Source: Armatimonadia bacterium
GTDB lineage: Bacteria; Armatimonadota; Zipacnadia; Zipacnadales; UBA11051
Reading direction: 5' to 3'
Assembly: GCA_039683575.1 (NCBI GenBank)
Contig: JBDKRC010000081.1
Coordinates: forward strand, 1 to 24,637
DNA length: 24,637 nucleotides
Part shown: piece after piece, positions 1 through 8,441 of the stretch
Position numbering within the stretch: position 1 is the stretch's first letter
Layout of the letters: each line of letters begins with the position of its first letter
Made by a program: the position numbers and the translations under genes
The notes under the pieces: model-generated
Databases searched by the model: none
Seen by the model: only the letters and a program-made list of their open reading frames with translations
What the model was told of the DNA's origin: nothing

Positions 1-74
1 GGCGGCTAACCGTACGGTGGGGCGGTTTGGCGGCAGCCGCGCGGCCGCCATCCGGCCCGCCCGCCACATTCCGC

Positions 75-99
75 GTAGGCGGGTTCGTCTCGAACCCGC
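75..99 (+). repeat. GTAG-tagged REP-like hairpin (TCT-loop family)
   Basis: GTAG-GCGGGTTCG-TCT-CGAACCCGC is a perfect 9-bp stem with the same architecture as the copies at 10313-10337 and 10383-10407. Confidence 0.75.
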
Positions 100-127
100 A
101 TCCCCCAAATAGAGGCCGAGACCTCCC

Positions 128-967
128 ATGCCCGAACTCCCCGAAGTCGAGACAATGCGACGCGACCTTAAGAAAGTCGCTCGCGGCACCACCATCACTG
201 ACGTCGAGGTTCTCGACGAGAAGGTGGTCGTAGGCGAGCCGAACGCGTTCATCGAGGGGCTGGTGGGGAAGACGATCACGATCTTCGACCGGCGGGGCAA
301 AGTCCTGATTCTGCGTCTGAACGACGGTCACGCCCTTCTCGGTCACCCGCGGATGACCGGGAGGTTCTTCGGGCTCAAGTCAACTGACGAGCTGTCGCGC
401 TTTGCCCGCGTTGTGATTCACCTCGACAACAGCAAGCGCATCGTCTTCGACGACATCCGCCGCTTCGGCCGCCTCGAAGTCGTCCCCGAGGCCGCCCTCG
501 ATGAGGCTAAGCTCCTGCGCAACATCGGCGCCGACGCCCTTCTCTGCGAGCCCGATCACGTCGTTCAGGCCCTCCGCAAGCGCACCATCCCGGTCAAAGT
601 GGCCCTGCTCGACCAGAAGGTCATCGCCGGCATCGGCAACATCTACGCCTCGGAGATACTTTTCCGCTGCGGTCTCGACCCACGCACCCCCTCACGCCGG
701 GTCACCCCAGAGGAAGCCTCGGCAATAGCCTGCGAGACCGCGAGTGTCCTGGCCGAGGGCGTCAAATACCGTGGCACCACGATCTCGGACTACCGCACCA
801 TGGACGGCGAGCGAGGCAATTTTCAGGACCGCCTGATGGTCTACGGACGCGAAGGCGCCCCCTGCCTCCGTGAGGGCTGCGACGGCCTCATCCAGAAAAC
901 AACGCTGGCAGGCCGCAGCACCTACTACTGCAACAAGTGCCAGCGCAAAGGCCGCAACCGCAAGTAG
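128..967 (+). CDS. mutM: Formamidopyrimidine-DNA glycosylase (Fpg/MutM)
   Basis: N-terminal MPELPEVE, RRGK, H-x-RMTG, DIRRFG, LLDQ..IAGIGNIYASE (H2TH) and a C-terminal zinc finger (C..C...GRSTYYCNKCQ). GAGG RBS upstream. Confidence 0.97.
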   Translation: MPELPEVETMRRDLKKVARGTTITDVEVLDEKVVVGEPNAFIEGLVGKTITIFDRRGKVLILRLNDGHALLGHPRMTGRFFGLKSTDELSRFARVVIHLDNSKRIVFDDIRRFGRLEVVPEAALDEAKLLRNIGADALLCEPDHVVQALRKRTIPVKVALLDQKVIAGIGNIYASEILFRCGLDPRTPSRRVTPEEASAIACETASVLAEGVKYRGTTISDYRTMDGERGNFQDRLMVYGREGAPCLREGCDGLIQKTTLAGRSTYYCNKCQRKGRNRK

Positions 968-1119
968 CCTCAGGCTGTAGCCTCAGGCTGTAGCTCAGGC
1001 TGTAGCTCAGGCTGTAGCTCGGGCTGTAGCTCGGGCTGTAGCTCGGGCTGTAGCTCGGGCTGTAGGGCGGGCTGTAGGGCGGGCTGTAGGGCGGGCTGAA
1101 GGGCGGGCTGAAGGGCGGG
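964..1119 (+). repeat. Tandem array of 13 units (mostly 12-13 bp) with stepwise sequence drift
   Basis: 2x GTAGCCTCAGGCT, 2x GTAGCTCAGGCT, 4x GTAGCTCGGGCT, 3x GTAGGGCGGGCT, 1x GAAGGGCGGGCT, then GAAGGGCGGG running into a REP hairpin. Confidence 0.95.
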
Positions 1120-1263
1120 GGCTCCGTACCCCGCCTGCCTCTATCACCGACCAACCCTCTCCCGGAGGGGCCGAGCTTCAGCCGGCCCAGCCGTTATCAC
1201 CGACCACCCGACGACCCGACTACCCGAGCGGCGGGGTACAAGCCCCCGCCCTACAGCCCGAGC
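1110..1263. repeat. REP cluster: two oppositely oriented GGCGGGG..CCCCGCC hairpins with a GGAG-tagged hairpin between them
   Basis: + copy GAAGGGCGGGGGCTCCGTACCCCGCC (1110-1135) with tail TATCACCGACCAACC. Then GGAGGGGCCG..CGGCCC with tail. Then - copy GTAGGGCGGGGGCTTGTACCCCGCC (1230-1254). Confidence 0.85.
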
Positions 1264-1276
1264 ACGACATCGCTTT

Positions 1277-3928
1277 CTACTTCACCGTCAGCTTCTCATT
1301 GTCCAGATAGAACGTCGCCGTCTCCGTCGCATTGCTCACAAACCCCAGCCACTGCAACTCCTTGCACTTCGGGTCGCAAGCCAGCCCCTTGAACTCCTGC
1401 GCGGCCTGCCCCGGCACCGTCACCGTCAGGTCCCAGGTCCCCTTCGCCTGCTTCCCAAGCTCGCTCGTGATCTCCAAATGCACCCATTGGCTCAGCGGGA
1501 TCGTGAGCAGCTTCGCCGTCTTCGTGCTCACGTCCCCGTTGGCCGCGATGCCCAGGCTCGGCCCCACACGGAACGGCTGCGAGTTATCCCGCCACTCATG
1601 CCACACGGTTGCCCCTGGGTCAAGGCGCAGATCAAAGCTCTCGGTGACGAGCCCTGTGGTCATGTGCGGCGAGTAGTAGATATGAGGGTTCCAGGGCTGG
1701 TCGAGGCCCGGCGCGTCCACGAACTTCAGGCTCCGCTTGCCACTGGCTGCCGTCTCCTCGGTCACCCGTATCTTCGCCGTTCCCGCCTCACCGTGCGTAT
1801 AGGCGAGATCCGCCGTGCTGCCGAGCGGGGTCTGCTCGAAGCCCTCGTCCAGCGGCACCGGCTTGGCCTGTGCTCGCCGCGGAATGGCCGCCACCGGCCG
1901 CTTGATGCTCCGCGCGAGCTTGATAAGCTCCGGCGGGCCCGTGATGCCCACTTTGCTCATATCAATCGGCCTGAACCGCAGAGCCAGCGCCGGCGAGTCT
2001 TTCGCCAGCGTGAAATCGCCCTTCGCCGGGTTCGCGAACTTCGGGTCGGCGACCACAGAGTTGACGTCATGCCCCGCCTTCCGCCACGCGGTGAGGTCCA
2101 TGTTGTTCGGGAACGTCAGCTCTTCTCCGGCGGTGTTGTAGAACAGGTTGTAGTCTGACTTGACCTCACTGTCCCGGATCATCAGCGCCCCCTCGTCATA
2201 GTAGATGAGGTTGCGCTCGAAGGTGATGGTCGACTCCTTATCTCGCCGCCCGAAGTGCACCTGCGCATCGCGCCCGAGCGCAAAGATGTTGTTGCGCACG
2301 GTATTCTCGCGCCCATAGTGCACCGTCAGCCCGCCGCTTGCCGTCCGGTACACCACATTGTTCTCAATCACAATCTGGCTGCTGCCCTCATCAGGGTAGA
2401 TGCCTCCGGCCCCGTACCCCTCGTCCCAATCCCACACATCATGGATCAGGTTGCCGCTCACCTTCGTCCCGGGCGAGATACCCAGCGTGTAGATCGCGCC
2501 CATGTCGCACAGCTTCCCCCGCCCGATGTCATGCAGGTAGTTGTCCGCAATCCGGTTCCGGTGCGCCTTGGTCGGCGCAAAGCCCCACGACCAGCCGCAC
2601 GAGATGGCGCTGTAGTAGGTATCGCAGATCTCGTTATGCGCCACCGTGTTATCGCTGCTATGCCCAATCCACACCCCAATAGCCCCCGGAAACAGGTAGC
2701 CGAGATCGTGAATGAGGTTGTCCGTCACTTTGTTGAAGCCAGTCTCAAGCTCCGGCTTCGATGGAATTCCCGCAGTACCCACCCGCACACCGCCGCACCC
2801 CACGTTGTGGATGTTGCAGTGGGTCACCTGATTCTCCGCGCAGCCCCGCTCGAACCACACCGCGTAGTTCCCCAGCCGCGCAATCTCGCAGTTGTCCACC
2901 ACGCACCGCCGCGCACCATTGGCCTGCAGCGCCGCATTCACCGTCACCGCCGCCTGCCAATCCACGTGCCCCTCGGGCTCCAGCACATAGTTCGTGTGCT
3001 GGAAGCTCAAGCCCTCAAACCGCAGGTCGGACACGGGCAGTCCTGCCTCCGGATCGCCCTGGATCAGCACCAACTGCGTCAACCGCGGCGCCACCACCGT
3101 CGCCGTCTTCATATTCTCCGCCGGCAGGGGCCTGTAGTACAGTAGCCCCTTGCCTCGATCCAGATACCATTCCCCCGGCGCATCCAGCGCCGCCATCGTG
3201 TTCTGCACGAAATACCGCTGATTGCCCCAGAACGGCCACTTCATCTCTCCGGTCAGCGTCGCCGTTCCCGTCGCCTCATCCACCTTCTGAATCGGGAGCA
3301 GCGCCGTCTCCCAGTGGTAGAACACAAACACATTTGCACCAGTCACATCGTCCCATGCCTTCAGATCCCCTGCTTTGAAGCGAAACGTCCGCTTGGACGA
3401 ATCCTGCTCCTTGCCATCGGCCCCGATCAGCGGCGCTGCCTTGCCCTGAATGCGGAAGTAACCCTCATTCGGGCTCCGCGCCAGTGTCGCCCGTCGTCCA
3501 TTCACATACAGGTCCCGCAGCGGCCATTGCCCCCCTCGCGCCCCCGGCAGAGAGGCCACCCACAGCCCCTTAGCTTGCTCGCGCCATCCGGTCACGAGCT
3601 GCCCGCCCGAGATGATGCTCTTCTGCCCCGGCGCCCCGATGAACCGCACCGGACACGCCTGCGACCCCGAATCCCCCGGCCCGAAGACCACCGGCTCCTC
3701 CAGGCAATACGTCCCCGGCGCAAACTGCACCCGCACCTCTGCCTTTCCCGCCAGTCCCGACGCCCGCACGGCCTCCCGCGCCCCCGCGAGCGTCGCCAGC
3801 GGCTTTTGCGCCGTGCCTTCCCAACTATCGTTACCATTCGGGGACACATATAGCGTTAGGGGGAATGCGAAGAGGGGGTGAAGCCAGACAATCACGATGA
3901 CCAGAGCCAGCAGCATTCCTCGGAACAT
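1277..3928 (-). CDS. Secreted right-handed parallel beta-helix protein (GH141-like putative carbohydrate-active enzyme) with a C-terminal beta-sandwich domain
   Basis: Signal peptide, YVSPNGNDSWEGT..PLATL, LYVNGRRATLARSPN, LDAPGEWY, DMGAIYTLG, GIYPDEGSS, repeated N..H/N..Y beta-helix rungs and DPKF..P..GDF. GGAGG RBS. Confidence 0.85.
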   Translation of the reverse strand: MFRGMLLALVIVIVWLHPLFAFPLTLYVSPNGNDSWEGTAQKPLATLAGAREAVRASGLAGKAEVRVQFAPGTYCLEEPVVFGPGDSGSQACPVRFIGAPGQKSIISGGQLVTGWREQAKGLWVASLPGARGGQWPLRDLYVNGRRATLARSPNEGYFRIQGKAAPLIGADGKEQDSSKRTFRFKAGDLKAWDDVTGANVFVFYHWETALLPIQKVDEATGTATLTGEMKWPFWGNQRYFVQNTMAALDAPGEWYLDRGKGLLYYRPLPAENMKTATVVAPRLTQLVLIQGDPEAGLPVSDLRFEGLSFQHTNYVLEPEGHVDWQAAVTVNAALQANGARRCVVDNCEIARLGNYAVWFERGCAENQVTHCNIHNVGCGGVRVGTAGIPSKPELETGFNKVTDNLIHDLGYLFPGAIGVWIGHSSDNTVAHNEICDTYYSAISCGWSWGFAPTKAHRNRIADNYLHDIGRGKLCDMGAIYTLGISPGTKVSGNLIHDVWDWDEGYGAGGIYPDEGSSQIVIENNVVYRTASGGLTVHYGRENTVRNNIFALGRDAQVHFGRRDKESTITFERNLIYYDEGALMIRDSEVKSDYNLFYNTAGEELTFPNNMDLTAWRKAGHDVNSVVADPKFANPAKGDFTLAKDSPALALRFRPIDMSKVGITGPPELIKLARSIKRPVAAIPRRAQAKPVPLDEGFEQTPLGSTADLAYTHGEAGTAKIRVTEETAASGKRSLKFVDAPGLDQPWNPHIYYSPHMTTGLVTESFDLRLDPGATVWHEWRDNSQPFRVGPSLGIAANGDVSTKTAKLLTIPLSQWVHLEITSELGKQAKGTWDLTVTVPGQAAQEFKGLACDPKCKELQWLGFVSNATETATFYLDNEKLTVK

Positions 3929-4007
3929 GGCGGGCCTCCTGAGATTGCGGCGGAGTGGGGGAGAGGTTCGCCGGGCAAGATGATAACCCTTCGTGCCCCC
4001 GCAAGCC

Positions 4008-4064
4008 GTACGAGCGGCTTCCAGCCGCGAGGTTACGCCAATAGAGCCCGGCTTCCAGCCGGGC
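4008..4064 (+). repeat. Two REP-like hairpins (TCC loop)
   Basis: GTAC-GA-GCGGCT-TCC-AGCCGC-GA (4008-4030) and ATAG-A-GCCCGGCT-TCC-AGCCGGGC (4041-4064). Confidence 0.65.
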
Positions 4065-4103
4065 GGATTCCCGAAGCCTACCCGTCCCCTTGCCCCGACA
4101 AGT

Positions 4104-4136
4104 AAAAGAGCCGCAGAGATATCTCCCTGCGGCTCT
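4104..4136 (-). terminator. Rho-independent terminator downstream of hsp20
   Basis: On the - strand: AGAGCCGCAG-N10-CTGCGGCTCT followed by a T-run. Confidence 0.75.
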
Positions 4137-4202
4137 CGCCTTCGTCTCCTGCTTTACTTCACGTCTCGGTCAGCCTCTCGTGTTGACTGCTCCGACAATA
4201 CA

Positions 4203-4649
4203 CTACTCAATGTCGATCTTGCGACCCACCTTCTCCTCAACCGCCTTCGGCGCCCGGATCGTGCAGATCCCGTTGTCGCAAGTCGCCTTGATCTCGTCCT
4301 GCTTCACTTCCGCCGGCAGGCGCACCGCGCGGAAGAAGCTGCCAGTCCGCAGTTCCTTGCGGTAGTAGCCCTCTTCCTTGACCTCGCTCTCCTCCTTGCT
4401 CTGCCCGCGGATGGTCAACATATTGTCTTGGAAGTTGACCTCGATGTCTTCCTTCTTGATCCCCGGAACCTCGGCTTTGACCACCACTTCCGTGTCGGTC
4501 TCGTAGACATCCAACGGGATGCCCATCTGCTGTCCATCGCCGGATTCCTCCGACCAGGGCATGAGACGGTTCATGTCCCTGGCCACCTGCTCCATCTGAT
4601 CCCACACATTGGCCATCTGCCTCGGCCGATACCAGCGAATCAACGACAT
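4203..4649 (-). CDS. Small heat-shock protein (Hsp20/alpha-crystallin family)
   Basis: PLDVYET..VVVKAEVPG.KKEDIEV, LTIRG, E.RTGSF.R...LP..V....IKA...NG...I.APK. GGGAG RBS. Confidence 0.95.
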   Translation of the reverse strand: MSLIRWYRPRQMANVWDQMEQVARDMNRLMPWSEESGDGQQMGIPLDVYETDTEVVVKAEVPGIKKEDIEVNFQDNMLTIRGQSKEESEVKEEGYYRKELRTGSFFRAVRLPAEVKQDEIKATCDNGICTIRAPKAVEEKVGRKIDIE

Positions 4650-4694
4650 GGTTCACTCACACTCCCTGTTGTTGCTGATAGATGCGACAGAAAC

Positions 4695-4723
4695 ACTATA
4701 GATGTTGAGTGTCTTGCTGTCAA
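4695..4723 (-). promoter_or_regulatory. Sigma70/SigA-type promoter of hsp20
   Basis: On the - strand: TTGACA, 17-bp spacer, TATAGT. Confidence 0.85.
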
Positions 4724-5049
4724 GTCCCTTCTATAAAATTAGAAGCATCCGCCTCGGCCAGCACCCAGAACCCAACTACTGGCTTTCCGGCGCTGCCTGT
4801 GCTATCCTGCTCGCAGCAGCTCTGTGACTCCCTCGGCCTGACGCCACTATAGAGCCTCAAGTTCATTTGCAATATTCCTGAGGCCATCTGGCCTCTTGGC
4901 TTGTCTAACCCAAACGAGCGTCCGTAGTAGATGCACCCAGAACCGAAACGCTAATGGTGTACCGGAACCCTTAATCCGGACAAAGACACCAATAATCTGA
5001 CTACACTATTGCTGGTGGCGTCGTTCTCGGCCTCGGCGCTTGTAGAACC

Positions 5050-7227
5050 ATGAGATCATCAATCCACAATTCGGCTCTTCTCCTGGCGCTGGTTGCCTGC
5101 TTCCTCGCGACCGGCGCTGCCGTCGCCGAGGATCTCGACCGCGCGACCTTCTATCTGCGCGACATCCGGCCGGTTGTCGAGCGCCTCGAGTCCGTATCCC
5201 CGCAGAACCTCGATGGAACAACCAACGGCCCCCAGACGCTTGATGGCAACTACACCTTCGACATGAACCCTGGCGAGCTCATGTCGCTGCGTCGCAGCTT
5301 CACCCGCTCGCTCATAGACAGTAACACTAACGCCCTCAAAGTGGCTCTGCAGGAGGACACCAAGACCGAGGGAGACCTGACCCTCAGCAGCCACTTCGGC
5401 CTGTCCTTCTCATCCGTGGATACTGAGATGAAGAGCCTGCTCGGGCTGTCCCTGGGCTCCAGCCACTCAACCGTGATGGGGCTCCAGCAGTCCTTTGGCA
5501 GTGGCGACGCTGCCAGTGCCCTCAGTCTCAAGCGCACGGTGACCAGCAGTGAAGCGCTGGATGGTTCGGCCACGACCACGCGGCTTGAGGCCCTTGAGTT
5601 CAAGAGCGGATTGACCAAGCGTCAGGAACTGAGCCTCAAGGCCAGTCGCAGCGAGAGCGACGCCCTCGGCGCCCCGCGCGAGATCAACCTGCAGGGCGTC
5701 TTCACTACCCACTTCTCCGGCGGCGACGGGCCCATGTCCTTCTCCCGCACTGAGAAGATCCTCAACGGCCTTGAGAGCACCAGTCAGAAGCTTGATCTCT
5801 CGATGCCCCTGGCAGTCAATGGCGGCAAGGGCCTCATCGAGCACCACTCGGTCCTCAGCGAGAGCGGCACCGCCTTCAGCCAGCAACGCACCTCGCATTT
5901 CCTGCTGCCCACGAAGCTCCTGGGGCAGACCGGCCTGGTAGACTACGCTTTGGTTACCGACGACAAGGGCGCCGGTGTATCGGAAAGCCGCACGGCGAAG
6001 TTGGTGAACCCCTTCACGGTTGGCGGCAAGACCTACGGCCTCGAAGAATCGCTCGTGACGCTGGATCAGCCCACCCAGACCACTGAGACCTTCGTGACCA
6101 GTCTCACGGCGCCGGTCCGTGGCGTGCAGGCTTCCTTGCAGCGCCAGACCGTCACCGTAACCACCGCCACCGGCGAGACCGAGCAGCAGAAGCTGGCTCT
6201 CGTCTTGCCGAGCGTGAAGATATCGGACCGGCTGTCCGTCGGCGGTCAGCGCGTTTCGACCGATAACACCGGCACTAACGACCAGGACCTCACCGATCTC
6301 AACGTTTCGGTATCGCCGCTGAAGCCCTGGCAGGTTCAGGCCAAGTACACCACCGACGACAAGGGCCCGCTGGCCACGTCTCAAACCCGCCAATTGCTCA
6401 GCAAGCTCGCTCTGGGAGACAAACTCCGCCTGGAAGGGCGGCTGACCGAATCCGAAGCCCCGGGCGTCGATAGCTCGCTCAAGCTCGTGGAGATTGTGCG
6501 CGATCGCGGGAACTCCGGCCTCGGCCTCCGCGCCGGCTTCGCTTCATTTGGTGCCCTCAGTCAGGATATCGACGCCGCGCGCCGGATTGAGGTCTGCGCT
6601 GGCAAGCCAAGTGCACTGGCCATCAGCGCCGCCTATTCCGAGTATGACCCTAACTCCTTCACGCGCTTTGCCGATGACCAGACGGTCGCTCTTTCGGTAC
6701 AGCACGGCGACCCAAACGACCTCGCTCTTCGCTGGCGCTACGAGGACCAGCCGACGCGGGTAGAGCCCCTGCAGGCCGTGGATCTGGCCATGGAGGCTCT
6801 CGGCGGCAAACTGCAGGTCAGCTACCAGAGTAACCCCACGACGCCCGACGGCAAGGGCGTACGGCAGGCTGCGCAGTACGACGCCTCGCTGGGCCGGAAG
6901 TTGTTCGGCGAGGTCAACCTGCAGCTTGGCTTCCGCTACCTGGACTATTCCAATACAGACTTGATAGACCAGCACTATCGCATCCAGATGGACGGTGGCA
7001 ACGAGGCGCGTGGCGGAAAGATCGCGTTGTCCTATTTCACAGGCGATTTCTGCCCGACGAGCACGACCTCCGACCCCACCCCGGGCTCGAAACTCGATCT
7101 GACTTACTCCCGCCTGTGGGGCGACGAGGGCAAGCTGAAGCTAACGCTGCAGCGTCAGACCCCGGCGCCGAACACACTTACAGAGGGTAAAACAGAGGGC
7201 CTTCTGGAGTACAGCCGGGTCTTCTAA
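5050..7227 (+). CDS. Hypothetical secreted protein, probably an outer-membrane beta-barrel or other beta-rich surface protein
   Basis: 725-aa ORF with a signal peptide (..ATGAAVA/ED), Ser/Thr-rich alternating beta-strand patterns and a C-terminal ..LEYSRVF. No family recognised. Confidence 0.7.
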   Translation: MRSSIHNSALLLALVACFLATGAAVAEDLDRATFYLRDIRPVVERLESVSPQNLDGTTNGPQTLDGNYTFDMNPGELMSLRRSFTRSLIDSNTNALKVALQEDTKTEGDLTLSSHFGLSFSSVDTEMKSLLGLSLGSSHSTVMGLQQSFGSGDAASALSLKRTVTSSEALDGSATTTRLEALEFKSGLTKRQELSLKASRSESDALGAPREINLQGVFTTHFSGGDGPMSFSRTEKILNGLESTSQKLDLSMPLAVNGGKGLIEHHSVLSESGTAFSQQRTSHFLLPTKLLGQTGLVDYALVTDDKGAGVSESRTAKLVNPFTVGGKTYGLEESLVTLDQPTQTTETFVTSLTAPVRGVQASLQRQTVTVTTATGETEQQKLALVLPSVKISDRLSVGGQRVSTDNTGTNDQDLTDLNVSVSPLKPWQVQAKYTTDDKGPLATSQTRQLLSKLALGDKLRLEGRLTESEAPGVDSSLKLVEIVRDRGNSGLGLRAGFASFGALSQDIDAARRIEVCAGKPSALAISAAYSEYDPNSFTRFADDQTVALSVQHGDPNDLALRWRYEDQPTRVEPLQAVDLAMEALGGKLQVSYQSNPTTPDGKGVRQAAQYDASLGRKLFGEVNLQLGFRYLDYSNTDLIDQHYRIQMDGGNEARGGKIALSYFTGDFCPTSTTSDPTPGSKLDLTYSRLWGDEGKLKLTLQRQTPAPNTLTEGKTEGLLEYSRVF

Positions 7228-7243
7228 TGTCACTCGTGAGCCA

Positions 7244-7268
7244 GTAGGGACGCTCCCCTGAGCGCGAT
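7244..7268 (+). repeat. GTAG-tagged REP-like hairpin (GCGCTC-N4-GAGCGC family)
   Basis: GTAGGGACGCTCCCCTGAGCGCGAT is nearly identical to the - strand copy at 22100-22123. Confidence 0.75.
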
Positions 7269-7332
7269 CGTGGGAGCACTCCTGGTCGGCCACAGAGCGC
7301 CTCCCCGCGCGATCGAAGCCAAATCTTGAAGG

Positions 7333-7361
7333 TTGACGAGAACCACCTTTTGGGTTATAGT
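7333..7361 (+). promoter_or_regulatory. Sigma70/SigA-type promoter upstream of the cvpA-DUF4342-sigH cluster
   Basis: TTGACG, 17-bp spacer, TATAGT. Confidence 0.75.
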
Positions 7362-7543
7362 CAAACGCTATTCACCTCCGGCCGTGGGGGCCGGGCTTCC
7401 AGTCACAATCCACATTGCACTACGCCATATGCAGGTGCGGGCACGCCCCGCACACCCAGCAAGCTGGCCTTCCCCACCCGGTTGCGAGAGGACTTACCGA
7501 CTCTGGCGCGGCTGAATGCCGAGGCCCGAAAGCGGGATGCCTC

Positions 7544-8014
7544 ATGACCTGGCCTGACTACGTCACCATCGGTCTGTGCATAGCCTTGGGTATTGTCGAA
7601 AGTAAGCGGGGCTTCGTGCCCGCCTTCTTTGCTATGATCGGGGTCATTATCACGATTGAGATAGCCGCCGCGACATATACCAACCTCGTCTCCTCCAGCC
7701 TCTCCTACGCCTCCGCCTACATCATCTGCGTACTCATTGGCGTGGCCATCGTCGCTGGTCTGACCACGCTGATAATTCGCTATGCTCCCACCGACATCGG
7801 CTCTTTTGACAGCTCCCTGGGTGGCCTTATGGGCATCATCACAGGCTTGGTGCTGTCCCACGCCATGTACGGTGCGGTCATACTTGCCTACGGCTCCAAG
7901 CTTGCGCCTGTGTATGCGAACTCGGCCCTCGCCGGGCAGGTGTACGAATTGCGAGCCTTCCACGGCTTCATGGACTTCATCAGCCGCATCGGCACGACCG
8001 ACATAGCCAAGTAG
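7544..8014 (+). CDS. CvpA-family (colicin V production) membrane protein
   Basis: The ATG at 7544 gives MTWPDYVTI..KRGF, four hydrophobic helices, D..LGGLMGIITG and S.LA, which fits the CvpA pattern. The upstream extension in the ORF track looks non-coding. Confidence 0.75.
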   Translation: MTWPDYVTIGLCIALGIVESKRGFVPAFFAMIGVIITIEIAAATYTNLVSSSLSYASAYIICVLIGVAIVAGLTTLIIRYAPTDIGSFDSSLGGLMGIITGLVLSHAMYGAVILAYGSKLAPVYANSALAGQVYELRAFHGFMDFISRIGTTDIAK

Positions 8015-8045
8015 CGTATTCCAGGCAAGGGCGGAGGCGCGGCAA

Positions 8046-8429
8046 GTGCATGACCTGGCGACTGTGGACCTGATTCGGGAGCGCCTGGACGTAACTTACC
8101 AGGCCGCAATGGACGCGCTCGACGAGGCCGAGGGCGATGTTGTCAAAGCCCTCGCGCTGCTCGAAACGTCCAGCGGGGGCGGCCTTCAACGATTCGAGGA
8201 ACAAATCAAGGAAGGGGTGAAGCGCGGTCTTTCTGGCGAAGAGCTAACTCTGATCAGGTGGAAGCTGTTGGGACAGCTCGTAAGTGAACTACCTGTCTCA
8301 CTCGATGGCTTCGCAGCGGTGGCAGTAGGCATCTTGGCCGACCTGATCACCAGCAGTACTGTCGAGACAGAGTACGCCGCTGCCGTTTCCAACGACGGCG
8401 ACGACTCAGCAGCCGCTAACAGTCATTAG
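8046..8429 (+). CDS. DUF4342-like protein with an N-terminal UBA/NAC-like domain
   Basis: VDLIRERLDVTYQAAMDALDEAEGDVVKALALLE followed by a short hydrophobic C-terminal region. GGAGG RBS before the GTG start. Confidence 0.7.
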   Translation: MHDLATVDLIRERLDVTYQAAMDALDEAEGDVVKALALLETSSGGGLQRFEEQIKEGVKRGLSGEELTLIRWKLLGQLVSELPVSLDGFAAVAVGILADLITSSTVETEYAAAVSNDGDDSAAANSH

Positions 8430-8441
8430 CCGAGGTGACAC

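Noticed and set aside
964-1135. Possible CRISPR array
   Set aside because: Units are 12-13 bp and contiguous, with no unique spacers and no cas genes in the window.
888-1154. 88-aa - strand ORF with PPYS/SYS repeats
   Set aside because: It is only the translation of the 12-bp tandem array and overlaps mutM antisense.
4761-4944. GCACCCAGAACC repeated twice in the divergent hsp20 / 725-aa gene spacer
   Set aside because: Only two 12-bp copies 172 bp apart, with no symmetry or link to a promoter. Support is insufficient.
7488-7517. Possible SigH promoter (AGGA...GAAT) upstream of the sigH operon
   Set aside because: The spacing of 21 bp is longer than the 16-17 bp of Bacillus SigH promoters.
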